Position numbers and translations under genes: made by a program. The notes beneath the pieces were generated by a model that saw only the letters and a list, made by a program, of their open reading frames with translations, was not told where the DNA came from and made no database searches. A stretch of DNA of 64,000 nucleotides from Dehalococcoidia bacterium (GTDB lineage Bacteria; Chloroflexota; Dehalococcoidia; Plut-88900), in assembly GCA_965197585.1 (NCBI GenBank), contig OZ240215.1, positions 2,080,001 through 2,144,000 on the forward strand, written 5' to 3'. Position 1 is the stretch's first letter; each line of letters starts with the position of its first letter. Shown here piece by piece: positions 49,037 to 59,850 of this stretch.

Positions 49037-49684
49037 ATGTCAACTCAGGACACTCCAATGAGCAGCCCAGAAACATCGAAACAGGGGATCATCTATCTTC
49101 TGGAAAACCCAGCCTTTGAGTCTCCTGTGATAAAAATCGGAAAAACCAAAAGAGAGGAATGGCGTAAGCGGATTAATGAACTTAACACCAGTGTGCCGCT
49201 ACCTTTTATCTGCTATCGCGCTTCTCGGGTTGATGACGCCGACAGAGTCGAGAAAATCCTACACGACGTTTTTCACCCAGCCAAACGACATTGGAGAGGT
49301 GAATTTTTCGAAGTTGAGCCATGGCGCATTTTGTTGGTGTTAGAAAAATATGAGATCGAAAACTTAACTGAGTCCGCACCTAAACCATCTGAAGAAGACT
49401 GGACGTTAATCAGTGCAGCAGTCCAAGAAAAGGATAAGCGGGAGACAGCCACTTTCAAAAGGCTCGGTATACAAATTGGCGAGAAGCTGACACTATTGGA
49501 TAATCCAGAGATTCAGTGTGAGGTCGTCGACGAAAAGACCGGTGTTCTCTATGAAGGCACGCAACACGCTTTAACCACACTAACTCAACAGGTGGGAAGG
49601 AGTTATATGAGGCAGGGAATAAGGTGCTGGACATATAAGGACGAGACTCTTCTGGAAAGACGAGATCGCATGCATGGGAACTAG
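49037..49684 (+). CDS. GIY-YIG family (T5orf172-like) nuclease domain protein
   Basis: GIIYLL.NPA...IKIGKT, RI.EL.TSVP.PF, E..LH.VF, EFF; visibly more AT-rich than neighbours. Confidence 0.82.
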   Translation: MSTQDTPMSSPETSKQGIIYLLENPAFESPVIKIGKTKREEWRKRINELNTSVPLPFICYRASRVDDADRVEKILHDVFHPAKRHWRGEFFEVEPWRILLVLEKYEIENLTESAPKPSEEDWTLISAAVQEKDKRETATFKRLGIQIGEKLTLLDNPEIQCEVVDEKTGVLYEGTQHALTTLTQQVGRSYMRQGIRCWTYKDETLLERRDRMHGN

Positions 49685-49741
49685 ATAGCGTCGTAACGTA
49701 GCTAAAGGAAATCGAACCGGTCAGTCAAAGGAAAACCCACC

Positions 49742-50716
49742 ATGACAACCTCCTTCCCGACCAAGGATTCCCTCCGCATCTGCTTCGCCCACGTCGCCTA
49801 CGCTCTCTCCGACACCTTCCAGAAGCGCGGCACAGGCATCTCCGATTTCCAGGTCTGGGACAACGACTCCCTCAAAGCCCGCTCCGACTATGATGTTCTT
49901 GTAATCTCCGGACTCTGGAACAACGACATCCTGTCCAGCGCCCCCGACCTCCGCTTCATCCAGTCCATCGGCGCGGGCTACGACCAATTCCCCCTAGACG
50001 AGCTCCGCAGCCGGGGCATCCGGCTCGCCAACGCCAGCGGTGTCAACAAGAACGCCGTAAGCGAGCACACCTTCTCTCTGATCCTCTCCCTGACTCGCCA
50101 CCTGAAGTCGGGAGTGAGAAACCAGCGCGCCCATTTCTGGCGAGGCATGATCTCCGAAATACCAAAGCGGGAGGACGAGCTGGCAGGCAAGACCATGGGC
50201 ATCGTGGGAATGGGGGCCATCGGGTCCCGGGTTGCAAAGATAGCCAAGGCATTCGACATGACCGTCCTCGCCACCAAGCGAAACCCCGCCACCGCCCAGG
50301 GCCCCGCCGACAAGGTAGTCACTCCCGACCACATCGACGGTCTGCTCACCGAATCCGACTTCCTTGTCCTAACCTGTTCCCTGAACGACCAGACCCGCGG
50401 CCTCATCAACTCCGGCTCCCTCTCCCGCATGAAGCCCACCGCCTGCCTTATCAACATGGCCAGAGGCGGATGCGTCGACGAAGGGGCCTTGGTGAACGCC
50501 CTGAACAGCGGCGTAATCGCTGGTGCGGGCCTGGACGTCGTCGAGCAGGAACCCCTCCCCGACGATAGCCCGTTGTGGGACATGGACAACGTAGTCCTCA
50601 CCCCTCACACCGGCGGCGAGACCCAGGCCTACGAGGACAATGTCATCGACATCCTCCTCGAAAACGTCAACCGCCTCACCTCCGGCCAATCCAACCTCTT
50701 CAATCACGTCCTTTAG
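49742..50716 (+). CDS. D-2-hydroxyacid dehydrogenase
   Basis: GAGYD, GIVGMGAIG, INMARG, LDV..EPLP, TPH.GG. Confidence 0.92.
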   Translation: MTTSFPTKDSLRICFAHVAYALSDTFQKRGTGISDFQVWDNDSLKARSDYDVLVISGLWNNDILSSAPDLRFIQSIGAGYDQFPLDELRSRGIRLANASGVNKNAVSEHTFSLILSLTRHLKSGVRNQRAHFWRGMISEIPKREDELAGKTMGIVGMGAIGSRVAKIAKAFDMTVLATKRNPATAQGPADKVVTPDHIDGLLTESDFLVLTCSLNDQTRGLINSGSLSRMKPTACLINMARGGCVDEGALVNALNSGVIAGAGLDVVEQEPLPDDSPLWDMDNVVLTPHTGGETQAYEDNVIDILLENVNRLTSGQSNLFNHVL

Positions 50717-50731
50717 CGTCCAACTGGCCCA

Positions 50732-50776
50732 AAAGACAATCGGGGCGTCGGCAAAGCCGACGCCCCGATTGTCTTT
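50732..50776. terminator. Bidirectional terminator
   Basis: 21-bp perfect stem aaagacaatcggggcgtcggc / gccgacgccccgattgtcttt between convergent genes. Confidence 0.8.
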
Positions 50777-50800
50777 CCTAAGAAGAGTGTCGTTCCTGGG

Positions 50801-51427
50801 TTACTGGACAGGCGAGAAGGCGGACGGGAGCATGAATTTTGTATTCATCCCAACAATGTGTCCTCCAATGGCCGGAGGCCAGTCTCCCGCTGCCACGGCC
50901 GCCGCCCGGGTCTCGGTCCGGTGGTTCATGTCGTTGTAGGGCCAGATGTGGATTAGCTTGTTGAGCAGACCCATGTCCGTCGAACCGGCGAAGAACACGT
51001 CCGAATGCTTCCGTCTGTCCGGCAGCTTGGCCCCGAACGCTTCCATAATCTCCGGCATGGAGCCGGGTGTGGCGTCGTAGTAGCGCATTTCGTAGAGAGG
51101 GCCGTAGTTGCCGGGCTCTATCGGCTTCTGGAATGGCCCGGGCACGACAATCTCGCTCTCCATCTTGACGATCAGATGGCTGGCTTTGGGGGGCCAGTTG
51201 GGATTCGCTGCAGCGGCGGCCCTGATCTCGGACCTCTGCTGTGCGTCGTCATAGCCCCATACGTGAATGACCTGGTTCAGCGGCCCGACCTCCGTGTGCC
51301 AAAAAGCAGCGAGCTTTGAATACTTCTCCCGATGTGGCAGCGCCTCGCCAAAGATTTCTTCGAACTTGGGGACACCCCCGGGCTTCAGGGTATAGGTGCG
51401 GAATTCGTAGATCATTTTCTCCTCCAT
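50801..51427 (-). CDS. Double-domain NIPSNAP protein, copy 1
   Basis: IYEFRTY, TEVG.LNQVIHVWGY, YEMRYY, NKLIHIWPY, P..FSP. Confidence 0.9.
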   Translation of the reverse strand: MEEKMIYEFRTYTLKPGGVPKFEEIFGEALPHREKYSKLAAFWHTEVGPLNQVIHVWGYDDAQQRSEIRAAAAANPNWPPKASHLIVKMESEIVVPGPFQKPIEPGNYGPLYEMRYYDATPGSMPEIMEAFGAKLPDRRKHSDVFFAGSTDMGLLNKLIHIWPYNDMNHRTETRAAAVAAGDWPPAIGGHIVGMNTKFMLPSAFSPVQ

Positions 51428-51545
51428 AATGTTAGGGTGACGACACGGGACGCGGGTAGTTTATCAGAGAGGAATGCAACCGGGCCGAAGGTAGTGCCCT
51501 CGGCCCGATTCTTCCTCGATGATGCTTAGAGGTTGTGCACTAAGC

Positions 51546-52163
51546 CTAGTGCGCGGGCGAGAATGAGGATGGCGCCATGATTTTGTTGTTCATGGTAACC
51601 AGGAACTTCCCGGTCGCCGGGGGCCAGTCCCCCGCCGCGACCGACGCCGCACGAGTTTCAGCGCGGTGATTTAGGTCGTCGTAGGGCCAGATGTGTATCA
51701 GCTTGTTCAGCGACCCCATATCCGTGTACCCGCAGAAGAACAGCCGCGAATACTTCAGCCTTCCGGGAAGTTTGGCGCCCCAGATATCCATGATCTCGGG
51801 CATGGAATTGGGCAGGGTGTCGTAGTAGCGCATCTCGTAGACGTGGCCGTAGTGCCCGGGCTCGATAGGCTTCTGGAAGGGTGCGGGTATGACGATCTCG
51901 GTCTCCATCTTCACGATATATGCGTCATCGCCTGCCGGAGGCCAGTTCGGGTCAGCAGCAGCAGCGGCCCGGACCTCGGCCCTGTGCTTCATGTCATCAT
52001 AGCCCCAGACGTGGATGATCTGGTTCAGAGGCCCGATATCCGTGTGCCAGCAGGCGGTGAGCTCGGAATACTTCTCCCGGTGAGGGAGGGCATTAGCAAA
52101 ACTTTCCTCGAACTTGCCCATGTTCCCGACGGTCAACGTGTAGGTGCGAAATTCGTAGATCAT
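51546..52163 (-). CDS. Double-domain NIPSNAP protein, copy 2
   Basis: Close paralog of copy 1. Confidence 0.9.
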   Translation of the reverse strand: MIYEFRTYTLTVGNMGKFEESFANALPHREKYSELTACWHTDIGPLNQIIHVWGYDDMKHRAEVRAAAAADPNWPPAGDDAYIVKMETEIVIPAPFQKPIEPGHYGHVYEMRYYDTLPNSMPEIMDIWGAKLPGRLKYSRLFFCGYTDMGSLNKLIHIWPYDDLNHRAETRAASVAAGDWPPATGKFLVTMNNKIMAPSSFSPAH

Positions 52164-52277
52164 GGTTTCCTCCAGGGTGATTCGATAGGGACGCGTGACA
52201 TGGGGAGTTTATCAGAAGGTGGCCTGGCTGGGCGGGTGGTAGAATCCGAGAATACCTAGCTAGTTTGGGAGAGAAAT

Positions 52278-53048
52278 ATGTCCAAAGACCTGTTTGACCT
52301 ATCGGGTAGGGTAGCCATTGTCACGGGGGCATCCTCGGGGCTGGGGGTGACCTTCGCCGAGACCCTCGCCGAAGCCGGAGCCGACGTCGTCATCTGCGCT
52401 CGTCGCCTGGAGAAGCTGGAGGAGACGGGCCGGAAGGTGCGAGAAATCGGGGCTCGATGCCTGGTCGTGCAGACCGACGTCACCAAGGTCGGGCAGGTCG
52501 ATAATCTCGTCGAACGCACTATGGATACCTACGGCAAAATCGACATCCTGGTCAACAACGCCGGGGCCTTTTTCAAGGGCTCCAAGATCGCCGAAGACCT
52601 GGACTTCGATGCAGTGCAGAAGGTGATGGAGGCCAACCTGACCAGCGCGGCCCTTTGCTCTCACCGGGCAGGTCTGAAGATGCTCGACCAGGGCTACGGG
52701 CGGATCATCAACATCGCGTCGGTGTTGGCGGTGGTCGGAGGAGTGCCGGAGGACTATTCCTACGCGTATTCCATCTCGAAGCACGGGATGGTGGGGCTGA
52801 CCAAGGCCCTCGCCCTGCAATGGGCCAAGAAGGGAATCACGGCCAACGCCATAGGCCCCGCCTACTTCGAAACAGAATTGACAGAGTTCCTGTCAGATGA
52901 GTTCACCGGCCTCGCCGAGCGCACCCCCATGGGCCGCATGGGCAAACCCGAGGAGCTAAAGACCGCACTACTCTTCCTTGCCGCCGAGACCTCCAGCTAC
53001 ATCACAGGCCAGACCATCCTAGTAGACGGCGGCTGGACGGTCTGGTGA
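52278..53048 (+). CDS. Short-chain dehydrogenase/reductase
   Basis: TGASSGLG, NNAG, YSISK, VDGG. Confidence 0.92.
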   Translation: MSKDLFDLSGRVAIVTGASSGLGVTFAETLAEAGADVVICARRLEKLEETGRKVREIGARCLVVQTDVTKVGQVDNLVERTMDTYGKIDILVNNAGAFFKGSKIAEDLDFDAVQKVMEANLTSAALCSHRAGLKMLDQGYGRIINIASVLAVVGGVPEDYSYAYSISKHGMVGLTKALALQWAKKGITANAIGPAYFETELTEFLSDEFTGLAERTPMGRMGKPEELKTALLFLAAETSSYITGQTILVDGGWTVW

Positions 53049-53097
53049 TGGAGATTACGGTGGAGCAAGACCGGGACATACCGGTCAGATAGAACCT

Positions 53098-53367
53098 TCA
53101 CGAAAGGCAGGAGTTAACCAGAGCCCTCGACTCGTGTTCGAGAACGGCTTCTACCTCCCCCCTATCGACACCCGGGAACCACTCGAGAAAGTCATTCACC
53201 GAGGCGCCAGCCATCAGATTCTCAAACAGGGCGTGCACCGGCACCCGAGTACCGCGGAATACCCAAGCCCCGCTGACCTTACCGCTGTGCCGCTCGACGG
53301 CAGCGCAAGATCCCCAATAATCGTTGGCAATTGCGTGAGTGGGCATTGTTTCATCGCCGTTCTTCAT
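53098..53367 (-). CDS. DUF433-domain antitoxin (orphan)
   Basis: VER..GKVSGAWVFRGTRVPV.ALFENL..GAS...FLEWFPGV. Confidence 0.88.
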   Translation of the reverse strand: MKNGDETMPTHAIANDYWGSCAAVERHSGKVSGAWVFRGTRVPVHALFENLMAGASVNDFLEWFPGVDRGEVEAVLEHESRALVNSCLS

Positions 53368-53373
53368 AAGACG

Positions 53374-53403
53374 ATTATAGGTCGGCAAATTTGCCAGGGT
53401 CAA
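53374..53403 (-). promoter_or_regulatory. Sigma70 promoter with palindromic operator in the spacer
   Basis: Minus strand TTGACC-N18-TATAAT; spacer holds perfect palindrome ggcaaatttgcc; ATG 6 nt after the -10. Confidence 0.7.
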
Positions 53404-53447
53404 CGAAGTGCCCATGGCATGCAACTGGCATAAAGCCCGTTACAAAG

Positions 53448-53479
53448 AGGGTGGCCCCGTCTAGCGGTGGGGCCACCCT
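53448..53479 (-). terminator. Terminator after acyl-CoA dehydrogenase
   Basis: agggtggcccc / ggggccaccct stem with A/T-rich flanks. Confidence 0.65.
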
Positions 53480-53505
53480 TCTTTATTTCTTATTAGAATG
53501 AGGCC

Positions 53506-54675
53506 CTACTGCCTAGGCAACCCCAGCCCCCGGGTGGCGATGATGTTCATCTGTATCTCGTTGGTGCCACCGGCTATCGTGCTGGACCGGGTGAACAGGT
53601 AGTTCTTCTCGACAAAGCCCTTCAGGGGCGCGTGCTTGGAGTCTTCCGTTAGCTGCCCGTGCAACCCGAGAACTTGCATCGCCGTGTCGAAGGCACGCTG
53701 TTCGGTGGAGGAGCCGCACAGCTTGTCTATCGAGGCCTCCTTGTTCGGCACCTCTCCCTTGCTCTGGATGTGGACCACTTGGTAGGAGAGCATGTAGGCA
53801 ATCTCCACCTCGATTGCCATCTCCGCCAGCTTGTTGCGTACCACGGGATGCTGGATCAGGGGCTTGCCCCCGACCATGGTTTCTGAGGCGAACTTGACCG
53901 TTTCATCGAGGCAGCGCCGCGCTGACGCCGAGTGCGACAGGGAGGACCGCTCGAAGTCCAGCAGGGTCATCCCGGCGTACCAGCCCCGGTTTATCTCACC
54001 GACCACGTTCTCCTTCGGAATACGCACGTTGTCGAAGAAAGTCTCGTTGAAGGGGTGCCCACCCGACATGTCGGTAATGGGTCGGACTGATACCCCAGGC
54101 GTCTTCATATCGGCAAGAAACATGGTGATTCCCCGATGCTTGGGGGCCTCGGGGTCGGTACGGGCCAGCAGCAGTACCCAGTCCGAGTAATGGGCCTGGC
54201 TGGTCCATATCTTCTGACCGTTTATCACCCATTCGTCGCCTTCGAGCACCGCCCGTGTCCCGAGCGAAGCCAGGTCGGACCCCGACTCGGGCTCCGAGTA
54301 GCCCTGGCACCAGACCACCTCGCCGCGGGCTATGCCGCCTAGGTGCCGCTTCTTCTGCTCCTCCGTCCCATGCACCATGATGGCCGGGCCTATGTATCCT
54401 ATGCCCTCGCCGTCGCGGCCGGGGGCGTACGCATATGACCATTCGTCGGTGAAGATGGCCTGTTGCATGTGGCTCGCGCCCGCGCCGCCGTACTCCTTGG
54501 GCCAGGAGAGCGCCAGCCAACCCTGGTTGGCCAACTTTTTGCGCATGTTCATTTCTGTTGCATGGGCCTCTTCACTGCCCTCTACTGCAAAGGAATCGTC
54601 GGCCCACTCCTTGGCCAGGAAGTCCTTGACCTCCTGCCGGAAGTCCTGCTCTTCTGCGGTGAATTGGTATTTCAT
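53506..54675 (-). CDS. Acyl-CoA dehydrogenase family protein
   Basis: WPKEYGG, WCQGYSEPESGSDLASL, NGQKIWTS, TIAGGTNEIQ. Confidence 0.93.
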   Translation of the reverse strand: MKYQFTAEEQDFRQEVKDFLAKEWADDSFAVEGSEEAHATEMNMRKKLANQGWLALSWPKEYGGAGASHMQQAIFTDEWSYAYAPGRDGEGIGYIGPAIMVHGTEEQKKRHLGGIARGEVVWCQGYSEPESGSDLASLGTRAVLEGDEWVINGQKIWTSQAHYSDWVLLLARTDPEAPKHRGITMFLADMKTPGVSVRPITDMSGGHPFNETFFDNVRIPKENVVGEINRGWYAGMTLLDFERSSLSHSASARRCLDETVKFASETMVGGKPLIQHPVVRNKLAEMAIEVEIAYMLSYQVVHIQSKGEVPNKEASIDKLCGSSTEQRAFDTAMQVLGLHGQLTEDSKHAPLKGFVEKNYLFTRSSTIAGGTNEIQMNIIATRGLGLPRQ

Positions 54676-54779
54676 GGTTCCCCCTTGGAGCGGCTGCACT
54701 TTAACCCGTAACGTCTCCCATAGTATCATCGAATCCTCATTCATTCGACCAGTCAAGGAACCTCACCCCTATAGCCATT

Positions 54780-56075
54780 ATGAAACTTGAACTAGCCAAC
54801 TACCCCGTGAAACAAATCATCCTGGGAGACGAGACCCGGTACCTGGACGGCGATCTCCACGTCAACCCCAACGATGTCCGTGACCTGATGTTCGACGAAG
54901 AATTCTTCGAAGACATTTCCGTCCACGTTGCCCATCCCGGAGACTCGACTCGCATCATTCATGTCGTGGATGTGGTTGAGCCCAGGCACAAGCAGTCGGG
55001 TACTGGGTGCGTATTCCCCGGTGTGCTTGGCCCACCCGCGCAGGTCGGCAACGGCCGAACGGCGCAGCTGAGCGGAATGGCCGTCGTATCAACTTCGACC
55101 CCTGCCGCAGGAGAAGGCTATTACTGGAGAGAGGCGGTAATAGACATGTCGGGGCCGGGAGCCCGAATATCTCCCTTCTCCGAAAATGCCAATCTGGTCC
55201 TGGAGCTGTCCCCCCGTGACCCAGGCCCCGAGATTCCTGCGGAAGACATAGAGATGATTAACACCATCCGCGGGTCGATATACAGCCAGAGGTTGAACCT
55301 GGCGCTCAGGAAAGCCCAGATGGGGCTGGCATCCTATCTCGCAGAAACGGTCTCGGGCTCCGAGCCGGCCTCCGTAGACACCTACGAGCTCACGGAGGTT
55401 GACCCGGCCCTGCCCAAAGTGGCCTACTGCTGCCAGGTAATGGGAGAGACACTCTACGGTCTCCCGATAGGTTGGCAGCCGACCCTAATCCACCCGAACG
55501 AGATGATGGATGGCGCCATATACCGGCCCTTCAATACCCCCGGCGCAGTAAGGACGACCATCTACCACCATCAAAACAATTCCCTGTTAAATGACTTGTA
55601 CCAACGTCACGGCAAGGACCTTAATTTTCTGGGCGTGCTTCTGGTGCCGGCGGGTCCTGAGAAGCTGAGCGAAAAGGAGTTGGGCACGGGCTACGCCACA
55701 AAGCTCCTCAAAATGTTGGGCGCGGACGGTGTTGTCATCTCCTGGATGGGTGGGGGGCATCTGGCAGTCGACCCCATGCTCCTCATAAGAAACTGTGAAC
55801 GGGCTGGGATCAGCGCATCTCTGCTCAGCCCCGAGATGGCCCGCACCCCCGACGACACTGGCTTCGTTTACTTCGCTCCGGAGGCCGAGGCCATTGTCAG
55901 CACCGGCAACTACGAAGAACAGGTAACCCTCCCAGCCGTGGATCGTGTCATTGGCGGAGAATCGATCTTCGTGTCTGACGATGATCCAAAGGAAGAGTTG
56001 ACCATCCACATCACCCAGATCCTCGGGGCTACCCAAACATTTGGTCTGGGTAGACTGTCCGGCACCGCTTACTGA
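54780..56075 (+). CDS. Glycine/sarcosine/betaine reductase component B proprotein family (GrdE/GrdI-like), copy 1
   Basis: MKLEL..Y.V..I..G..T....G.L.V, DVVEPR.K, IDMSGPGA, PT.IHPNE.MDGA, QNN, HGKDLNFLGV, ADGV, IVSTGN. Confidence 0.85.
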   Translation: MKLELANYPVKQIILGDETRYLDGDLHVNPNDVRDLMFDEEFFEDISVHVAHPGDSTRIIHVVDVVEPRHKQSGTGCVFPGVLGPPAQVGNGRTAQLSGMAVVSTSTPAAGEGYYWREAVIDMSGPGARISPFSENANLVLELSPRDPGPEIPAEDIEMINTIRGSIYSQRLNLALRKAQMGLASYLAETVSGSEPASVDTYELTEVDPALPKVAYCCQVMGETLYGLPIGWQPTLIHPNEMMDGAIYRPFNTPGAVRTTIYHHQNNSLLNDLYQRHGKDLNFLGVLLVPAGPEKLSEKELGTGYATKLLKMLGADGVVISWMGGGHLAVDPMLLIRNCERAGISASLLSPEMARTPDDTGFVYFAPEAEAIVSTGNYEEQVTLPAVDRVIGGESIFVSDDDPKEELTIHITQILGATQTFGLGRLSGTAY

Positions 56076-56157
56076 GGGGCTCGGGGCTGGGTGGAGTAGT
56101 TAGGGTGGGATTCCTCGGCTATACGACACGCCGGGACCCCCGCCCCGAATATCCAAC

Positions 56158-57452
56158 ATGAAACTTGAACTAGCCAACTTCCCCGTGGAACGCATCATAC
56201 TGGGAGACGAGACCCGTTACATCGATGGCGAACTCCACGTCAGTCCCGAGGCCGTTCGCTCCGTATGTTCGACGAAGAATTCTTCGACGACATTTCAGTC
56301 CATGTCGCCCATCCCGGAGACTCGACCCGCCTTATCCATATCGTCGACGTAGTGGAGCCTCGATATAAGCAGTCGGGGCCCGGGTGCGTTTTCCCGGGCA
56401 TCCTCGGCCCTCCGGTGCAGGTTGGAACGGGCAGAACGGCCCGACTCAACGGCATGGCCGTGATATCAACATCCGGACCCGCCGCCGGGGAAAGCCAATA
56501 CTGGCGCGAGGCCATACTCGACATGTCGGGGCCCGGGGCCGGTATTCCCACTTCTCACAAACGGCCAACCTCGTCGTGGAGCTGTCTCCCAAAGACCCGG
56601 GGTCCGACACCCCACGGGAAGACGTGGAAACCCTGAACACCCTCCGGGGGTCTGTTCACAGTCAGAGAATGAACGTGGCGCTGAGGAAAGCTCAAATTGC
56701 TCTCGCCTCATATCTCGCCGAGACGGTCTCGGGCTTCTCGCCTGCCTCTGTAGATACCTATGAGCTTACGGATGTTGACCCCTCACTCCCGAAGGTAGTC
56801 TACGGTTGTCAGGTGGTGAGGGATCTTGTCTACGGTATCCCCCCAGGATGGCAGCCGACCCTGCTCCATCCGAACGAACTGATGGATGGCGCCGTCTTCC
56901 GTGTTTTCAACTACCTGGCCTCGGCAAAGAGCACCATCTACGATCAGCAGAACCATCCCCTGGTACAGGCGCTGTATCAACGTCATGGCGTTGACCTCAA
57001 CTTTCTGGGTGTGCTCCTGATACCGGCGGGAAACGAAAAGCTGAGCGAGAAAGAGCTTTCCGCCGGGTACGCCGCCAAGCTGCTCAGGATGCTGCACGCA
57101 GAACGGGGTAGTCATTTCATGGATGGGTGGAGGTCACCTGGCTATCGATCCCATGCTTCTGATTAGAAACTGCGAAAGGGCCGGTATAAACGCTTCCCTG
57201 CTGAGTCCCGAGATGGCCCGCACCCCCGACGACACCGGTTTCGTATATTTCGCCCCCGAGGCGGAGGCAATCGTGAGTACGGGCAACTTCGAAGAGCAAG
57301 TCGTTTTGCCGCGTGTCGACCGAGTCATAGGCGGGAAATCGCTTCTAATGACCGGTGACGACCCGCGGGGAGAACTAACCGTTCGCATCGGTCAGATTCT
57401 CGGCGCCACCCAGACCTTTGGGAAGGGCAGGTTGTCCGGGATTGCATATTAG
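56158..57452 (+). CDS. GrdE/GrdI-like protein, copy 2, split by three single-base indels
   Basis: Colinear with copy 1 across ORFs 56158, 56265, 56384 and 57123; frame breaks near 56262, 56540 and 57103. Confidence 0.8.
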
Positions 57453-57543
57453 GCAGTATGGAGTAGTATCGATACGGGAATCGGGTAGAATAGGGCCAGC
57501 CTGGTCGCCAGGCGTTGCCCAAGCAGCATTTCAGGGGGAGAGC

Positions 57544-59836
57544 ATGACTACCACCAACTACGAGCCCAACGTTGTCCTTGCCACCGGAGAATTCGACACC
57601 ATCGGGACCCGACCCATCAGGCACGACGGTGTAGACAAAGTCACTGGCCGCGCCCTGTACGGCGCCGACTTTCAGGCCAGCGATCTGCTCCACGGCAAGA
57701 TCCTTCGCAGCCCCCATGCCCACGCCCGCATCATCTCTATAGACACCTCCAAGGCGGAGGCCTACCCGGGCGTCAAGGCCGTGGTCACCGCCGCCGACTT
57801 TCCCGCGGGTGAACAACAGGGGCAGATGCAGATGGGCGAGATCAGCATGAGCCTCCGCTTCATGCGGGACAACGTCCTCGCCAGCAAGAAGGTGCTGTAC
57901 CCCGGACACCCCGTAGCCGGGGTAGCGGCAGTGAACGCCCACGTGGCCGAGGAAGCCATTAACCTCATCGACGTCGAATATGAAGTCCTCGAACCCGTGC
58001 CCACCGTCCTGGATGCAATCAGGGAAGGCGCACCCCTCCTCCACGATGACCTCAAGACCGAGGAGTTCGGCCAGCAGACGGACAAGGTAAGCAACATAGC
58101 CAGCCACTTCCAGCACACGATGGGAGACGTGGAAAAGGCGTTCGTCCGAGGCGGACTACGTGGTCGAGCGTGAGTTCGACACCAAGACCGTTCACCAGGG
58201 CTACATCGAGCTCCACAACGCCACCGCGTTCTGGAACCGGGACGGCCGGGTGACGATCTGGTGCAGCACCCAGGGCCCCTTCGAGGTTCGGGACGCAACT
58301 GCCGGCATCCTGGGACTGGACGTTTCGCAGGTCAACCTGGTGCCAATGGAAATAGGCGGCGGGTTCGGGGGCAAGTTCGAGCCCTACGGCGACCCTGTGG
58401 CCGCCCTCCTTTCCAAGAAAACGGGACATCCCGTCAAGATTGTCATGACTCGCCTGGAAGAGATCGAGAGCACCGGCCCGACCCCCGGCTCCTACATCAA
58501 GGTTAAGATGGGCGCCAGCAAAGAGGGCAAAATCGTCGCGGCGCAGGCTTACATGGCATACGAAGCAGGGGCATATCCCGGCTCTCCAATAGGCGCCGGC
58601 GCCCTGTGCATCTTTGGCCCCTACGACATCCCCAACGTCCTGATAGACGGGCTGGATGTCGTGGTGAATAAACCGAAGACCGCCGCCTACCGGGCCCCGG
58701 GCGCGACCAACGCATCCTTCGCATCCGAGACCATCGTCGACGAGCTGGCTGCTATGGCGGGCATGGACCCCCTAGACTTCCGCATCAACAACGCTTCCAG
58801 GGAGGGCACCAGGAGGGCCGACAGCGTACCCCACCCCAAGGTCGGCTGCATTGAGGTGCTACAGGCTATGAAGGACCACCCCCACTGGAACGCCCCTCTG
58901 GAAGGCGAGAACCGGGGCCGTGGTGTGGGACTCGGGTTCTGGATGAACTTTGGCGGTCCGGCTAGCTGCACGATCAAGGTAAACGCCGACGGAACCGTGG
59001 CTCTCCGGGAAGGCTCCCCTGACATCGGAGGCACAAGGACGACGATTGCCATGCAGGCCGCCGAGGCGCTGGGCATATCGGCGGAGAGTGTGGTGCCGGG
59101 TGTAGTGGACACCGACTCGGTGGGCTACACCAATGGCACGGGCGGCAGCAGCGTCACCTTCAAGCAGGGGTTGGCCGCTCACGAGGCGGCCCAGCACGTC
59201 AAGCAGCAGATGATTGCCCGTGCCGCGACCATCTGGGCCATTGAGCCCGATTCTATCAAGTTCGAAAAGGGTGTCTTATTTTCCGAATCTGACCCCGAAC
59301 TGAAGATGACCTTCGCCGAGCTTGCCTCCAAGATTGAGGAAACGGGCGAGCCGATTGTCGGAGTGGGTAATGTTCAGGCCACCAAGGCAGGGGCCTCATT
59401 CGCCGGCTCCATCGCCGACGTGGAGGTCGACCCGGAGACCGGAAAAGTGAAGATACTGCGCTTCACCATGATCCAGGACGTGGGCAAGGCCGTACACCCC
59501 AGCTATGTCGAGGGACAGCTGCAAGGCGGCGGCGCCCAGGGCATCGGGTGGGCAATGAATGAGGAGTATTTCCTCAACGACAAGGGCCAGGTCCTCAACT
59601 CCAGCCTGCTGGACTACCGCCTCCCCACCAGCCTCGACCTCCCGATGATCGACACCGTAATCGTAGAGGTCCCGAACCCCGGCCACCCCTTCGGTGTACG
59701 GGGAGTCGGCGAGGCGAACATCATCCCGCCCGCCGGGGCCTTGGGCAACGCCATCGCCAACGCAATCGGCGTCAGGATGGCGAACCTGCCGATGAATCCG
59801 CCAGCGATACGGGAAGCCATTGGGCGCAAGGGCTAG
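57544..59836 (+). CDS. Xanthine dehydrogenase family molybdopterin-binding subunit, one frameshift near 58146
   Basis: DKVTG.A.YG.D, LRSPHAHARI, HQGYIE, GGGFGGK, AYRAPG, EGQLQGG, GVGE. Confidence 0.88.
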
Positions 59837-59850
59837 GAACGGCAATCGTC

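Noticed and set aside
54780-57543. Hidden selenoprotein (GrdA/GrdB) or UGA readthrough near the Grd-like genes
   Set aside because: Intergenic gaps are under 100 nt, and the TGA at 56073-75 aligns with the paralog's terminal TAG.
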